From Parcubacteria group bacterium GW2011_GWC1_36_108 (GTDB lineage: Bacteria; Patescibacteriota; Minisyncoccia; Moranbacterales; GWC2-37-73), in the NCBI GenBank assembly GCA_000991245.1, contig LBRD01000008.1:1686-65685 (forward strand): a stretch of DNA of 64,000 nucleotides. Direction: 5' to 3'. This document shows, piece by piece, positions 9,501-17,946 of this stretch (within the stretch, counting starts at the first letter, position 1; the number at the start of each line of letters is the position of its first letter). The position numbers and the translations under genes are program-made. Under the pieces are notes generated by a model. It ran no database searches. It was not told the origin of the DNA and was given only the letters and a program-made list of their open reading frames with translations.

Positions 9501-12495
9501 ATCCAGTTCCCGTGTTTTTAGAAATACAAGAATCAAACTCAACATAATCATAATCAGGACCAAAAACAATAGTAGTCCAAGCAGTACTTGACGATGTAAC
9601 TTGCAACCCCATTATTTTTGTATAACTTTGCTGTATCGTAAGCGTGTTCAAAGATCCGCCAGAAAGAGCATATCTGTCGTCATCCCACTTCCCGTTATGC
9701 CTTTGTGAAAAATTGGCTTCGTTAGTCGTGTTGTTCGGTGTATAAATCTTAATAAAATTGCTTGCACCAGTGGTATATCCCGTAACTGTCACGGCTGTCG
9801 TGTCTGCAGCAGAATCATAATAACAAGGGAAATTTAATTGATAATTTCCAGTGACTAAATCCGTTGTGTTTAGATGATTAGCATCAACTGCACCTGTGAC
9901 TGCAGCGGAAAGAGAGGTGTACTCGTGTTTTATTGAAACGACGGTTTGGGCGGCGGCTCGATCAGTTGGAACGCCACCACGAGGATTGATAAGGTTCCAA
10001 ACACTGGTTGATGTTTTAGATGAAATGTAGGCAATATTTCCAACAAATTTTGCTGCACCACCAGCTTCTGCGACATACGTTTTTGTAATATCAAGATTTG
10101 TAGCATCAGAAACGTTAGTGATTTGATAAATTCCATTATAATTTGTCGTGCCAGAAATGGTGATGTAATCATATTGAGAAAAACCATGAGCGGCACTGGT
10201 TGTTAGTCTTGTTGTTCCACCACCCTGATCTGCAAAAGTCGTGATATCAATTTGACCATAAGTCACCCGATCGCCAACTCCAATATTCCCAGTCTGCGCT
10301 GCTGAAAAAGTTGCAGCTCCACTTGCAATTGTGACAGTTGGAGTGCCGGTTTTTAAATCAGAAGCAGATTGCCCGACAGAATAAAAAATCCCTGGTGGAT
10401 TTGAAAAACTCCAACCAGTGTTGCCGGAAACATTAGCAGAATTTGCACCCGCATACCAAGCCGCACCACCGGTGGCAGCGATATCTTGCAGTGACAAATA
10501 GTTACCAGCCACAATTCCGTTTGTTTTTTTGAGAGTTGCTGAAGTGCCAGGAGTTGAAGAATTTATTGTAATGAGATTGCCTGAAGTTCCAGTAGCAGTG
10601 AAAAGACCGTTGATTGTTTGGGTTGTGCCGGAAGTAAATTTAACTGTCTTTGGCGCATTAATAGTAAGATTATTGAAAGTGTTGGAACCAGCAATAGTTG
10701 TCGCGCAGTCGCCAGTATTTAAAGTTACATTATTATAAACCAAGCCACCAAATTCAACAGTTTGCGTGGCGCTAGTAAAGTCTTCTATTTTCAATGTTGA
10801 TGTTTCGGCGTTTAAATTTAAATTTGTTATTGTTTGCAAGTTCCAAGGACTTGATGATTGATATGCATTTCCCATTGTCCATATGCCACTTCCCATTAAG
10901 ATTGATCTTGTATTAGAATTGCTTGATGAAAAATTGTTACATGAAACATTAAAATTATTAGCATCGAATGTTCCATTATTCAAAATCAGTGTCCTGCCAT
11001 TTCCTGCCGAAGAATCAAAGTTATCCTGCAATGTTAATATTCCGCCAATCATTGAAATATTAACATTAGCAACACCTGTCATAAAAACTTTTCCAGCACT
11101 TGTCAGTGAATATGATCCCCTGCCTTCGAAGGTTAAGTGCTGCGATTGACCAAATGTCATACCAGAAATCAATGTCAACGAACCATACAATGTATTGGGA
11201 GTTGACGTTAACGAAAAAGTCGGCGAATTTGTCGCTCCCGTCCAAGAAATACTTTTGCCCAAGCGCGGCATATCTGCCACTACTGTTTTACCAGTCGCTG
11301 CAAAAGAATTTGCATCAAAAACCACATCGTCTTGAGGTAGCGGCACGCGACCTGCTCCACCCCCGCCATTGGTAGCCAAAAACCAATTGCCGATTGTTGA
11401 CCAATTGTCCGAAGCACTAGCTCCGTGTTTCCAATATTGCGGTGCACCAGTGGTAAACGTAATTCCAGAATTTCCCCCAGCATCTCCGCTTCCGCCAGAA
11501 ATTGCGGACAAATCCCAACTTCCAGCACCAGCACCAATAATATCACGAAAATCTGCATTGATAACAGAAACATTAGCAGCTGTGATTGTGCGAGCACTGC
11601 CGAGAGTATTTGAGGTAACAAAAAGTCTATTGATTGCAGAATTACCTGCGAAAGTTATCATGTTTGATACAGTAATGTTTCCGGGTAATGACAATGAATT
11701 AGTTTTTGCTGTTGCCGTAGCCCAAGTAAAATTATGACAAGATATATTACCACCATAAAGCAAAAAAGCTGGATCGGTAAATTCTAGATCATAATAAGTT
11801 TGAGAAGATGTAGCAAGAAATTTACTAGTGCTTGTACTTTTAATGAGAGACGTTCCAGCATCCAAAGTACCAATAAACCCCCAAGTATAATCGCCAACAC
11901 TTGTCCTTGATAAAGTTAGCGTGCTGCTGCCAAGATTTATAGAACCAGATGCACCAGTAATTGTATCACTGACTGATATATTATAATTATTCGTATTAAA
12001 TGTTGCGACAGAATATGAGGAATTAACTTGTATTTTATATAGTGAAACATCAGCACCCAGTGTTGTTGTTCCTCCTGCCACATCAAGTGTCAACCCTGCC
12101 ATATCTTGTCCTGCAAAATCTGGCACAACAACTCCCCTTGTTCGCAAGCTTCCATACCCACCAACTACTGTCGTCATACCGCTTACAAGTTTAAAGATAT
12201 TTCCAGCTAAATCTATGCGCGAACTATTATTCCAAGTCAGTGTTCCAACATAATTAGTCATATCAAATGTGTTGCCTAAACACGCAGAATAATCACAGGT
12301 TAAATTTCCGCTTGTTGCCGTTGCTACAATATCATCAACAAGAGTCGGCACCGCGCCCTCCACCCAAGTTCCAGCCGCACTCCAATTTCCCCCAGCATCA
12401 GAAATTGTGCGGGTGGCAGCTTGAGCTTGGGACGTGAAAAAAACCGCGGAGAGCAGAAAGGTTAATACAAAAATTGTAGGCTTGAGAAAATTCAT
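3541..12495 (-). CDS. Giant secreted surface protein: five ~400-aa modules (conserved scaffold, variable parallel beta-helix, choice-of-anchor-Q-like cap) and a C-terminal LamG/concanavalin-like domain
   Basis: 2984 aa; signal peptide ending SQAQA; five repeats of YSVGQ...GNYQLNxPCY...RHxGK...NKDFHLS...DIGAD; C-terminal GLVGHWTFD...IDDVRIYNRALS. Confidence 0.85.
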   Translation of the reverse strand: MNFLKPTIFVLTFLLSAVFFTSQAQAATRTISDAGGNWSAAGTWVEGAVPTLVDDIVATATSGNLTCDYSACLGNTFDMTNYVGTLTWNNSSRIDLAGNIFKLVSGMTTVVGGYGSLRTRGVVVPDFAGQDMAGLTLDVAGGTTTLGADVSLYKIQVNSSYSVATFNTNNYNISVSDTITGASGSINLGSSTLTLSRTSVGDYTWGFIGTLDAGTSLIKSTSTSKFLATSSQTYYDLEFTDPAFLLYGGNISCHNFTWATATAKTNSLSLPGNITVSNMITFAGNSAINRLFVTSNTLGSARTITAANVSVINADFRDIIGAGAGSWDLSAISGGSGDAGGNSGITFTTGAPQYWKHGASASDNWSTIGNWFLATNGGGGAGRVPLPQDDVVFDANSFAATGKTVVADMPRLGKSISWTGATNSPTFSLTSTPNTLYGSLTLISGMTFGQSQHLTFEGRGSYSLTSAGKVFMTGVANVNISMIGGILTLQDNFDSSAGNGRTLILNNGTFDANNFNVSCNNFSSSNSNTRSILMGSGIWTMGNAYQSSSPWNLQTITNLNLNAETSTLKIEDFTSATQTVEFGGLVYNNVTLNTGDCATTIAGSNTFNNLTINAPKTVKFTSGTTQTINGLFTATGTSGNLITINSSTPGTSATLKKTNGIVAGNYLSLQDIAATGGAAWYAGANSANVSGNTGWSFSNPPGIFYSVGQSASDLKTGTPTVTIASGAATFSAAQTGNIGVGDRVTYGQIDITTFADQGGGTTRLTTSAAHGFSQYDYITISGTTNYNGIYQITNVSDATNLDITKTYVAEAGGAAKFVGNIAYISSKTSTSVWNLINPRGGVPTDRAAAQTVVSIKHEYTSLSAAVTGAVDANHLNTTDLVTGNYQLNFPCYYDSAADTTAVTVTGYTTGASNFIKIYTPNNTTNEANFSQRHNGKWDDDRYALSGGSLNTLTIQQSYTKIMGLQVTSSSTAWTTIVFGPDYDYVEFDSCISKNTGTGYAIQLYGTDGSSVKNSIFYGSSASRVVALRFGGSVQNVFYNNTVYGSGGSENGIYTEGYSPLIKNCIVQNTGGSAYASSFDSASNYNISDDSSNTGGAQDQIETIVSFADAANKDFHLSPNDTAAKNAGADLSADANLPVTTDIDGQGRDAINGRLYDIGADQAATAIYYSVGQNTNDHKTGSPTVTIASGVATFSVAQTATNMGVGDKVTYNTTDVAYISSKTSTSVWNLVTATGGIPANITDSTVVSITHAYSSLSAAEAGAVDATHLNTTDLVAGNYQLNFPCYYDSGADTTTVTVSGYITSPSNNIKIYTPNNTTTEANNSQRHSGKWDDGRYVLRSGSMDLILANINYVYISGLQLDQTGNNSWFDGISVGGTNKGVDISNNIIKYTGGASSESGIIVENNVLSSSQVYIYNNIVYGWSKGIGIGNYFDNSAFVYNNTLYGNSNCGISESSYYDIVAINNLSYNNGSYDYCTNGSAAINYSSLSNKNLSKDASALGANAKINQTVTFADAVNKDFHLSPSDTSAKNSGSDLSADSNFTFNTDIDGQTRNVTINAWDIGADEAATAIFYSVGQNTTSHETGAGTVTVDATARTATFSVAQTATNMGVGDLVTYTGGACYITNKTSTTVWGCQSAIGAAPTAVTDADVTSIAHAYASLSAAEAGAVDATHLNTADLVAGNYQLNFPCYYDSGADTTVVTVDGYTTGPANYIKIYTPNNTTTEVNVSQRHQGKATGVNYLINPSTNGNAIALNIPYVKLVGLEITDFGNPGFASSALYFPGIKYITIDSNYIHDEFPSNNGTGISANGSTAGGAYISNNIINNVNNGMNLDSWSGVNSYAYNNTLRLIASVGFRHSTIGQAVLKNNITQNCGDGFLGTFNVTSDYNISDLAADAPGANSKNSTTVAFADAANKDFHLSPTDTAARNFGVDLSSDSSYLFTTDIDNQTRPSSSSTIWDIGADEAAAPIYYSVGQSVADLKIGTPTITITSGVATFSAAQTGNIGVGDRVTYNTTDIAYIASKTSTSVWNLVTKTGAVPADITTSTVVSIKHEYTSLSAAVTGAVDVNHLNTTGLVTGNYQLNFPCYYDSAADTTAVTVSGYTTAPANYIRIYTPISTTTEANASQRHQGKWDDGKYNLNVSSVGAYNVNINNQFVHVDGLQIKNSSTSGYDQIGIDMDKNSYVSNNILQYAGSGGTNIFGIQYNLTAGNFNLKVWNNIIYGFKKGIGGNAGGDVLRAVVYNNTVKDAIVGYYTNGYMDTILKNNIAQNCIDGFTSSNFHPSSNYNISDLVADAPGANSKNSTTVAFADPANKDFHLSTSDTAAKNSGADLSADINLAFTNDIDGQTRPSSSSTIWDIGADEAATAIYYSVGQNTTDHKTGTPTVTIASGIATFSEAQTATNMGVGDKVTYNTTSVAYISEKISTSQWKLITATGATPTNVTGQTVNSIAHTFNLINYAIGNGINYAAGVNYLNTSNLVTGNYQLNLPCYNDGSVNNTNLIISAYTTSPANYIKIYTPVSTTTESNTNQRHQGKWDDTKFRIDVNGSFQLNSSYLVADGLQFNIGNDGVYVSSGPNAVKISNSIIKSSYGASYGIRIDGQSTTPKSAYVYNNIVYGGSAGICRYYDGAGKTLYAYNNTVYGGTNAGIYDLAGSSIVAKNNIVQGSTDGYKGTFLAGSDYNISDLAADAPGANSKNSTTVAFVDAANKDFHLSVSDTVARKTGLNLQADSYLHFGEDIDGQGRAGDWDIGADEFSEVVQQSQISSPNLDAGLVGHWTFDGKDISGTTAKDTSGNNNNGTISGATKAIGKLGQGTDFSVATNVVTVPDKDNLDGMSQLTLSAWINPRTSGIGTSFGRIIEKGNGSSYNFLFVGNNLECDIGVTAVGSTTSPLSGKYNSWHHVDCVYDGANVSIYLDGVSVASAAKTGVVGSGSTAMTIGNNVAGDRTFNGKIDDVRIYNRALSANEIGQLYHFGQVEVRETGTTTIRK
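9031..9056. repeat. Degenerate GTAG REP in-frame in giant gene
   Basis: GTAGAGACGTCCATTTATGGCGTCTC; encodes RDAINGRLY in a loop that varies among modules. Confidence 0.7.
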
Positions 12496-12504
12496 TAGTA
12501 GAAA

Positions 12505-12965
12505 AATTTTAAATTTTAAGTTTTAAATTTTAATTGAAATTATAATTTCCAAATAAACAAATTACTTTTTATCAATTGTTATAATAATTTTAGAAAATAT
12601 TAAAGTTAATTCTTGTGCTTCTTTCCAAAATTTCAAGCATTTTTCTTTTTCATCAGGATTACTTTTAGCAATGAGTTGAAGCCAGTATTTTGTTTCTCTG
12701 GCTTCTTTTTTACAAATAGCTATTTTATTTTTGAAATCCTTTTGAGAACAAGCTCCATTTGCTTCAAAATAATTAGCCCCGATACTAGTTGCTGAACGAA
12801 TTAGTTGGCTAATTAATGGCATATTTATCATATCTTTCTTTATTGTTTTGAGAAAAACTATCATATCTTCACTAAATTCTGTTGTTCTTTTTTCTAAATC
12901 GTAATTTGATTTTGTCATTTTTAATTTAGATTTGATTTAAAATTTAAAACTTAAAATTTAAAATT
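12505..12965 (-). mobile_element. Putative 4HB cassette: four-helix-bundle gene bracketed by perfect 29-bp inverted repeats
   Basis: AATTTTAAATTTTAAGTTTTAAATTTTAA (12505-12533) is the exact reverse complement of 12937-12965; the arms fill the space between the upstream stop and the downstream ATG. Mobility is inferred. Confidence 0.6.
12562..12918 (-). CDS. Four helix bundle protein (23S rRNA IVP / TIGR02436-like)
   Basis: 118 aa; QLIRSATSIGANYFEA...F..KIAICKKEARETKYWL signature. Confidence 0.9.
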   Translation of the reverse strand: MTKSNYDLEKRTTEFSEDMIVFLKTIKKDMINMPLISQLIRSATSIGANYFEANGACSQKDFKNKIAICKKEARETKYWLQLIAKSNPDEKEKCLKFWKEAQELTLIFSKIIITIDKK

Positions 12966-13488
12966 ATTTCTGCACCAGCACATCATCCTCAAAAACCTTA
13001 TCGGTAACAACTTTTCCCCTTGTTTCGTCGGATGCAATTCCAATTTTGGCAAGATCAACAGCAAATTTTCGGCGTTTGATTTCTTTAGGGTTTTGCTGCT
13101 CTTGCTCGTTGGCAAAAACTCCGGCTTTTTCTTTGAGCGATAATTCCAAAAGTTGTTGTTGCTCTTCGGTTAGTCTCATTTTGATAATTAAAAAGCCTTC
13201 TTGTTCGGCAGTTGAAAATTCCTTGTTTTCATCAGCCGTAAAAAGCACATCACCTCTTTGTAAGGTTCCTTCGACACCACCAGTGTCATAAATCTGAATC
13301 AAAAGCTGCACGGTTTTCTTTTCACCACTTTTAGCTGCTTCTTTAATGCTCATTTTTTCAATTGCCGGAGTTTGCTTGTACCATTTTACGGTTTTATAAA
13401 TTCCAAAAGAGAGGGCGAAAACAATCAAAACTATTCCAATCACAAAAACAGCAAATCTTTTTTTGTTTTCGATTTGGATTTTTTTCAT
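12964..13488 (-). CDS. Hypothetical membrane-anchored protein
   Basis: 174 aa with one N-terminal TM helix; extended -10 motif upstream. Confidence 0.75.
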   Translation of the reverse strand: MKKIQIENKKRFAVFVIGIVLIVFALSFGIYKTVKWYKQTPAIEKMSIKEAAKSGEKKTVQLLIQIYDTGGVEGTLQRGDVLFTADENKEFSTAEQEGFLIIKMRLTEEQQQLLELSLKEKAGVFANEQEQQNPKEIKRRKFAVDLAKIGIASDETRGKVVTDKVFEDDVLVQK

Positions 13489-13517
13489 ATCTTTATTTGA
13501 AAATGTTTATTGATTCA

Positions 13518-13526
13518 ATTATAGCA
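13518..13526 (-). promoter_or_regulatory. Extended -10 promoter (TGCTATAAT)
   Basis: Consensus TGnTATAAT about 30 bp upstream of the 13488 start. Confidence 0.6.
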
Positions 13527-13536
13527 CATTTAACGC

Positions 13537-13662
13537 TTTGGGTGGTTGGAGTGAAATCCTTTCACGCTTGGGGTGGTTGGGGTGTTTAGGGGTGGCATCG
13601 TTAATACTTGGGGTGGTTGGGGTGGCATTGTTAAAGCTTTGGGTGGTTGGGGATGTTAGGGT
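13537..13662. repeat. 9-bp-period G-rich repeat arm downstream of 4HB gene 2
   Basis: TTGGGGTGG/TTGGGGTGT/TTAGGGGTG units; begins at the gene's stop codon. Confidence 0.8.
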
Positions 13663-14219
13663 TTCCCATTTCCATTTCCATTTCTAAAGGAGATGCGTTT
13701 GCGGTAGAGATTTTCGGTGAAGCCGCCTTCGGTTTCATGTTTTCTTTTCAATGATTCGGCCAATTTGGCAAGCAAAAATCCATCCATCTGGCAAAATGTC
13801 AGCAGCATGTTGGCAGCCTGCTCAGCTGACTCCGCTGAAATGCTTGGGGTGTTTAGGGTGTTTAGGGACACCCAAACAACCCTAAACTCCCTAAATTTTT
13901 TGATGCGCGGATCATTCTTTTCCCAAATCAACAAATTTCTTTGACGCAGAAAATCTTGATAATCTTTGGTCAATTCTTCATTTGATCCATGCGCAACACC
14001 AACAAGAAAAATGTAACTCTTGAGCGATTCGGCAGTGTACCCTTCTGCTACATTCTGTGAATTGCTCCGCGCAGCTTGCACCATCTGATCATGAGTGCGA
14101 CTTTTTTTATCAATAAATTTATCACAAAATTGCACCGTCAAATCCTGAATAACCTTGCCCAGCATATACGCCACCAGATATTCATATCCCGGACGACTTT
14201 CGTTTTTTTGATTTTCCAT
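13656..14219 (-). CDS. Four helix bundle suffix-domain protein (TIGR04258-like)
   Basis: RTHDQMVQAARSNSQNVAEG, EELTKDYQDFLRQR, AANMLL...EGGFTENLY; ATG 14219 preferred because the ORF-track extension to 14309 is the translated repeat arm. Confidence 0.88.
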   Translation of the reverse strand: MENQKNESRPGYEYLVAYMLGKVIQDLTVQFCDKFIDKKSRTHDQMVQAARSNSQNVAEGYTAESLKSYIFLVGVAHGSNEELTKDYQDFLRQRNLLIWEKNDPRIKKFREFRVVWVSLNTLNTPSISAESAEQAANMLLTFCQMDGFLLAKLAESLKRKHETEGGFTENLYRKRISFRNGNGNGKP

Positions 14220-14239
14220 TTTGTTTGCATTTAAATTGA

Positions 14240-14310
14240 ACCCCCTAACACCCCTAACCGCCCACCAGTGTGAACACCCAAAAATCCCCAACCGCCCAAA
14301 ATACCCCAAG
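14240..14310. repeat. 9-bp-period C-rich repeat arm upstream of 4HB gene 2 (inverted relative to 13537-13662)
   Basis: CCCCTAACA/CCCCTAACC/CCCCAACCG units. Confidence 0.8.
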
Positions 14311-17300
14311 AATTAGGATGACCCTACCTCCGCATTTCAACCTTGCCGGTGTTGTACAGGTTGGAAATTTCACTGGCGGAAAGAGCGCGGTTGTAGATAC
14401 GGACATCGTCAAGAGAACCATTGAAATAGTTAGAACTTCCAGATCTTCCAATGTCCAAACGAGTTTTTATTGCTGCACCACCACTCGTATCTGTTGTAGA
14501 TATTGCCTGTTGTTGTCCATCAACGAAAAGAAGAGAGCCATCGACATCATTGTTTTCAACAACAAAAATCATTTGATGCCAATTATTGTCATAAATATTT
14601 ACAGGGTTAGTTGGAGAGAAATATCTCCATTCTGTATTACCTAAATACAATAATGGTCCATTTGACGCTCCAGTATATTCTACATGTAGTGATGGCGGCG
14701 GCGGAGCAGTATTTGTAGACCATCGAAGCAGTGGGGCATTGCTTTGACTGCCATCGTATTTTACCCAAGCAGAAACAGTTGTAGTGTCAGACAATATGCT
14801 GGAGTTTGTGCCACAGTCTACATAGTCACTCGTTCCATTAAACTTCATACCCTGTCTTATTTTCCCTGGTGTCACTGTGGCGCCGGAGATGGTGCCGTTG
14901 TTGCCGAGGCCAGATCGGTCAAACGCTGTCGTGCCGGAAACGTCGGGACCGTCGAAGGACCAGAGGCCGACAAGGCCGTTAGTGCTTTTTGAGTTCTGCG
15001 AAGTCTGCATTGTTGTTTGCCCTTGGTTGTATAGTTGCCCGATTTCGCTGGCGGAAAGCGGGCGATTGTAAAGATGAACGTCATCCAAAAGTCCATTATA
15101 CTTGTTTCTAGCAGAATCACCCGCCGCATCATACCCATAACCAACATATAAAGGATAACCAGCTGTGATTAAATTTCCACTAATGGCTACAGTATCCTTT
15201 AAAATTCCATTAAAATATACTCTTGCATTTGTGCCATCCCAATTAACAGACAAGAAATACCATTCATTTAGTGGATAATTCCAACTTGTCGTGTAATTCG
15301 TTGCATTGTGTGTGATTTTGATTCTTGTTTTTCCTTGCCACAAGTCTGGCATCTGAGATATTGACCAAGTTCTATCGCCAACTCCACCCAACCAAATATT
15401 TGTTGTTGCCTTAGAAATCATTGCACCTTTTGGATCTGTGGTTGTTTTTACCCAGGCATTAAAAGAATATCCGGTTACAAGATTAATTGAAGTATTATCA
15501 GGTATATTAATTTTATCTCCACTTACTCCATTAAAACTAAACCCTTGACCACGCCTTCCCGGAATCACTGTCGCACCAGAAATTGTGCCGTTATTATTGT
15601 TACCGGAAACATCTTTGGTCACAGTACCAGAAGTGTCGTCGCCGTCGAATGTCCAGTGCCCAATAAGTCCAGCATCAAGATTTGGCGATGATTGCTGGGT
15701 CTGCATGACTGTGTCAGAAAATTGATCAGCGCCGATGTCCCAAGGATTCACACGCACCTGCCCATCAATATCAGTGTCGAATGCAAAAAATGAGTCGCGC
15801 TGCAAATCCAAACCTGCGCCTTTGGCGGAAGTGTCCGCTAATTTAAGATGAAAATCTTTATTGGCCGCGTCAACGAAAGCAAACGTCTGACTAATTTTAT
15901 TATTTGCACCCTGCCCAATTGCATCTGTACTGTCTGTTGCATTATAATCAGTGCCAGAAGCGAAGGTGCCAAAATATGTATATAAATTGCCACCAGCATT
16001 TTTCAACAAATTATTTTTAGCAATCGCCGTCCCTGCTGACACACGAATTCCGTTTGTAGAATCAATAATTGTATTATTGTAAATATAAGCAGCTGCATCA
16101 GAATCAAGAATAGCAACGCCTGTTCCTTCTAAACCAAGACAATCATAAATTATATTGTTCCAAATATAAAAAACACTTCCTGCTCCAGCATAGTTAACGC
16201 TAACTCCGTTATCGTTATAACTTCCAGTAGCAGTACTTTTGATAATGTTATTGGAAATTGAAATATTTGCCTGTGCAAGACTGGCTCCCATATTAACAAC
16301 GCTGTAATCCCCTGAATACATTTGCAAACCATCTATTTTTATATTTTCCTCATAATTTAGAATGGAACTACTTGATGCATTTTCAATTCGATACTTTCCA
16401 TCATCCCATCTCCCCTGATGACGCTGGCTTGCGTTAGCCTCGGTTGCCGTGCTTGTTGGAGTATAAATTTTAATATAATTCGACAATCCCGTTGTGTAAC
16501 CATTAATAGTGACTCCTGCCGTATCCGCACCGGAGTCATAATAACAAGGGAAATTGAGTTGATAATTTCCTGCTACCAAATCTGTAGTATTTAAGTGAGT
16601 AGCATCAACAGCTCCAGCTTCGGCAGCGGAAAGTGAAGCGTAAGCGTGGGCGATTGAAGTTACATCGGCATTTGTTGCAGCGGTGGGGGCGGTGCCGGTT
16701 GCGGATTGGCAACCCCAGACTGTGGTTGAGGTTTTGTTTGTAATATAGCAAGCTCCATCTGTGTATGTTATCAAATCTCCCACTCCCATATTAGTGGCAG
16801 TTTGCGCCACTGAAAAAGTTGCGGTCCTTGCGGTGGCATCAACTGTGACAGTACCTGCACCTGTTTCATGAGAATTGGTGTTTTGTCCGACGGAATAATA
16901 GATTGCTATTGCTGCTTCGTCGGCACCGATATCGACAATACCCGCTCCAGTTGGTCGCGTCTGTCCATCTATATCAGTCGTAATCGGCAAATTAGCATCC
17001 GCGCTTAAATCTACACCTGCATTTTTGGCAGCCGAATCACTAGGGGAAAGATGGTAGTCTTTGTTGGCAGCGTCGGAGAAAGCGACAGTGGTGGAATTTT
17101 TGTTGTTTGTACCCTGCTGAATATCATTTGCCAGATCTGAAATATTATTTGAAGAAGCAGCATTAAAAGTTCCAGAACCTGCATATCCATCAGCAAAATT
17201 TTGAACAATATTATTCTTTGCAATAACCGTTCCAGATATTATACCAATACCACTACCAGCTCCAAATCCAACCAAGGTATTATTAAATATATTTACAGTT

Positions 17301-17846
17301 GCAAAGGAATAATTATCATAAATTCCATAAGAAGCTTGCCCATATATTAATGAATTTATGATATTTATCACTGAGGTATTATGATAACTTATTTGAATAC
17401 CAGTATTGCTTCCAGTTGTAACTGGTCCACCACGTATAATGCAATCTTTTATTGTTGTAACTCCACTTCCAGCATTTAGAGAATAGCTAGAGGAACCTCC
17501 ATTTCCTCCTGGAGCATATGCATATGTTTGAATGCCCTCAATTTTATTAAACTGAGTCCCTATACTCATTATTACGCCATAATCAGGAAGTTTTAACTTG
17601 TATTTCCCATCGTCCCATTTCCCCTGATGCCTTTGCGAATTATTCGCTTCAGTGGAAGCATTATTTGGTGTATAAATTTTAATAAAATTATTTGCCCCGG
17701 TAGTGTAGCCAGAAACAACAACTGCAGTCGTGTCTGCAGCGCTATCATAATAGCAAGGGAAATTAAGTTGATAATTTCCTGTCACTAAATCCGTAGTATT
17801 CAAATGATTAGCATCAATTGCTCCAGTGACTGCAGCAGAAAGAGAA

Positions 17847-17946
17847 GTGTATTCATGTTTAATTGAAACGACGGTTGAAGTTGTGATGTCAGCAGGAACT
17901 GCTCCAGTTTTTGTCACAAGATTCCAAACTGAAGTTGATGTTTTTC
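17847..17946. repeat. 100-bp exact direct repeat (second copy 20126-20225) ending at the frameshift junction
   Basis: Base-by-base identity GTGTATTCATG...GATGTTTTTC. Confidence 0.85.

Noticed and set aside
12562-12918. 23S rRNA intervening sequence
   Set aside because: No rRNA sequence flanks the gene; the neighbours are protein-coding.
13537-13662. CRISPR array or telomere-like repeat
   Set aside because: Units are degenerate 9-mers without constant 25-40-bp repeats and unique spacers; no cas genes.
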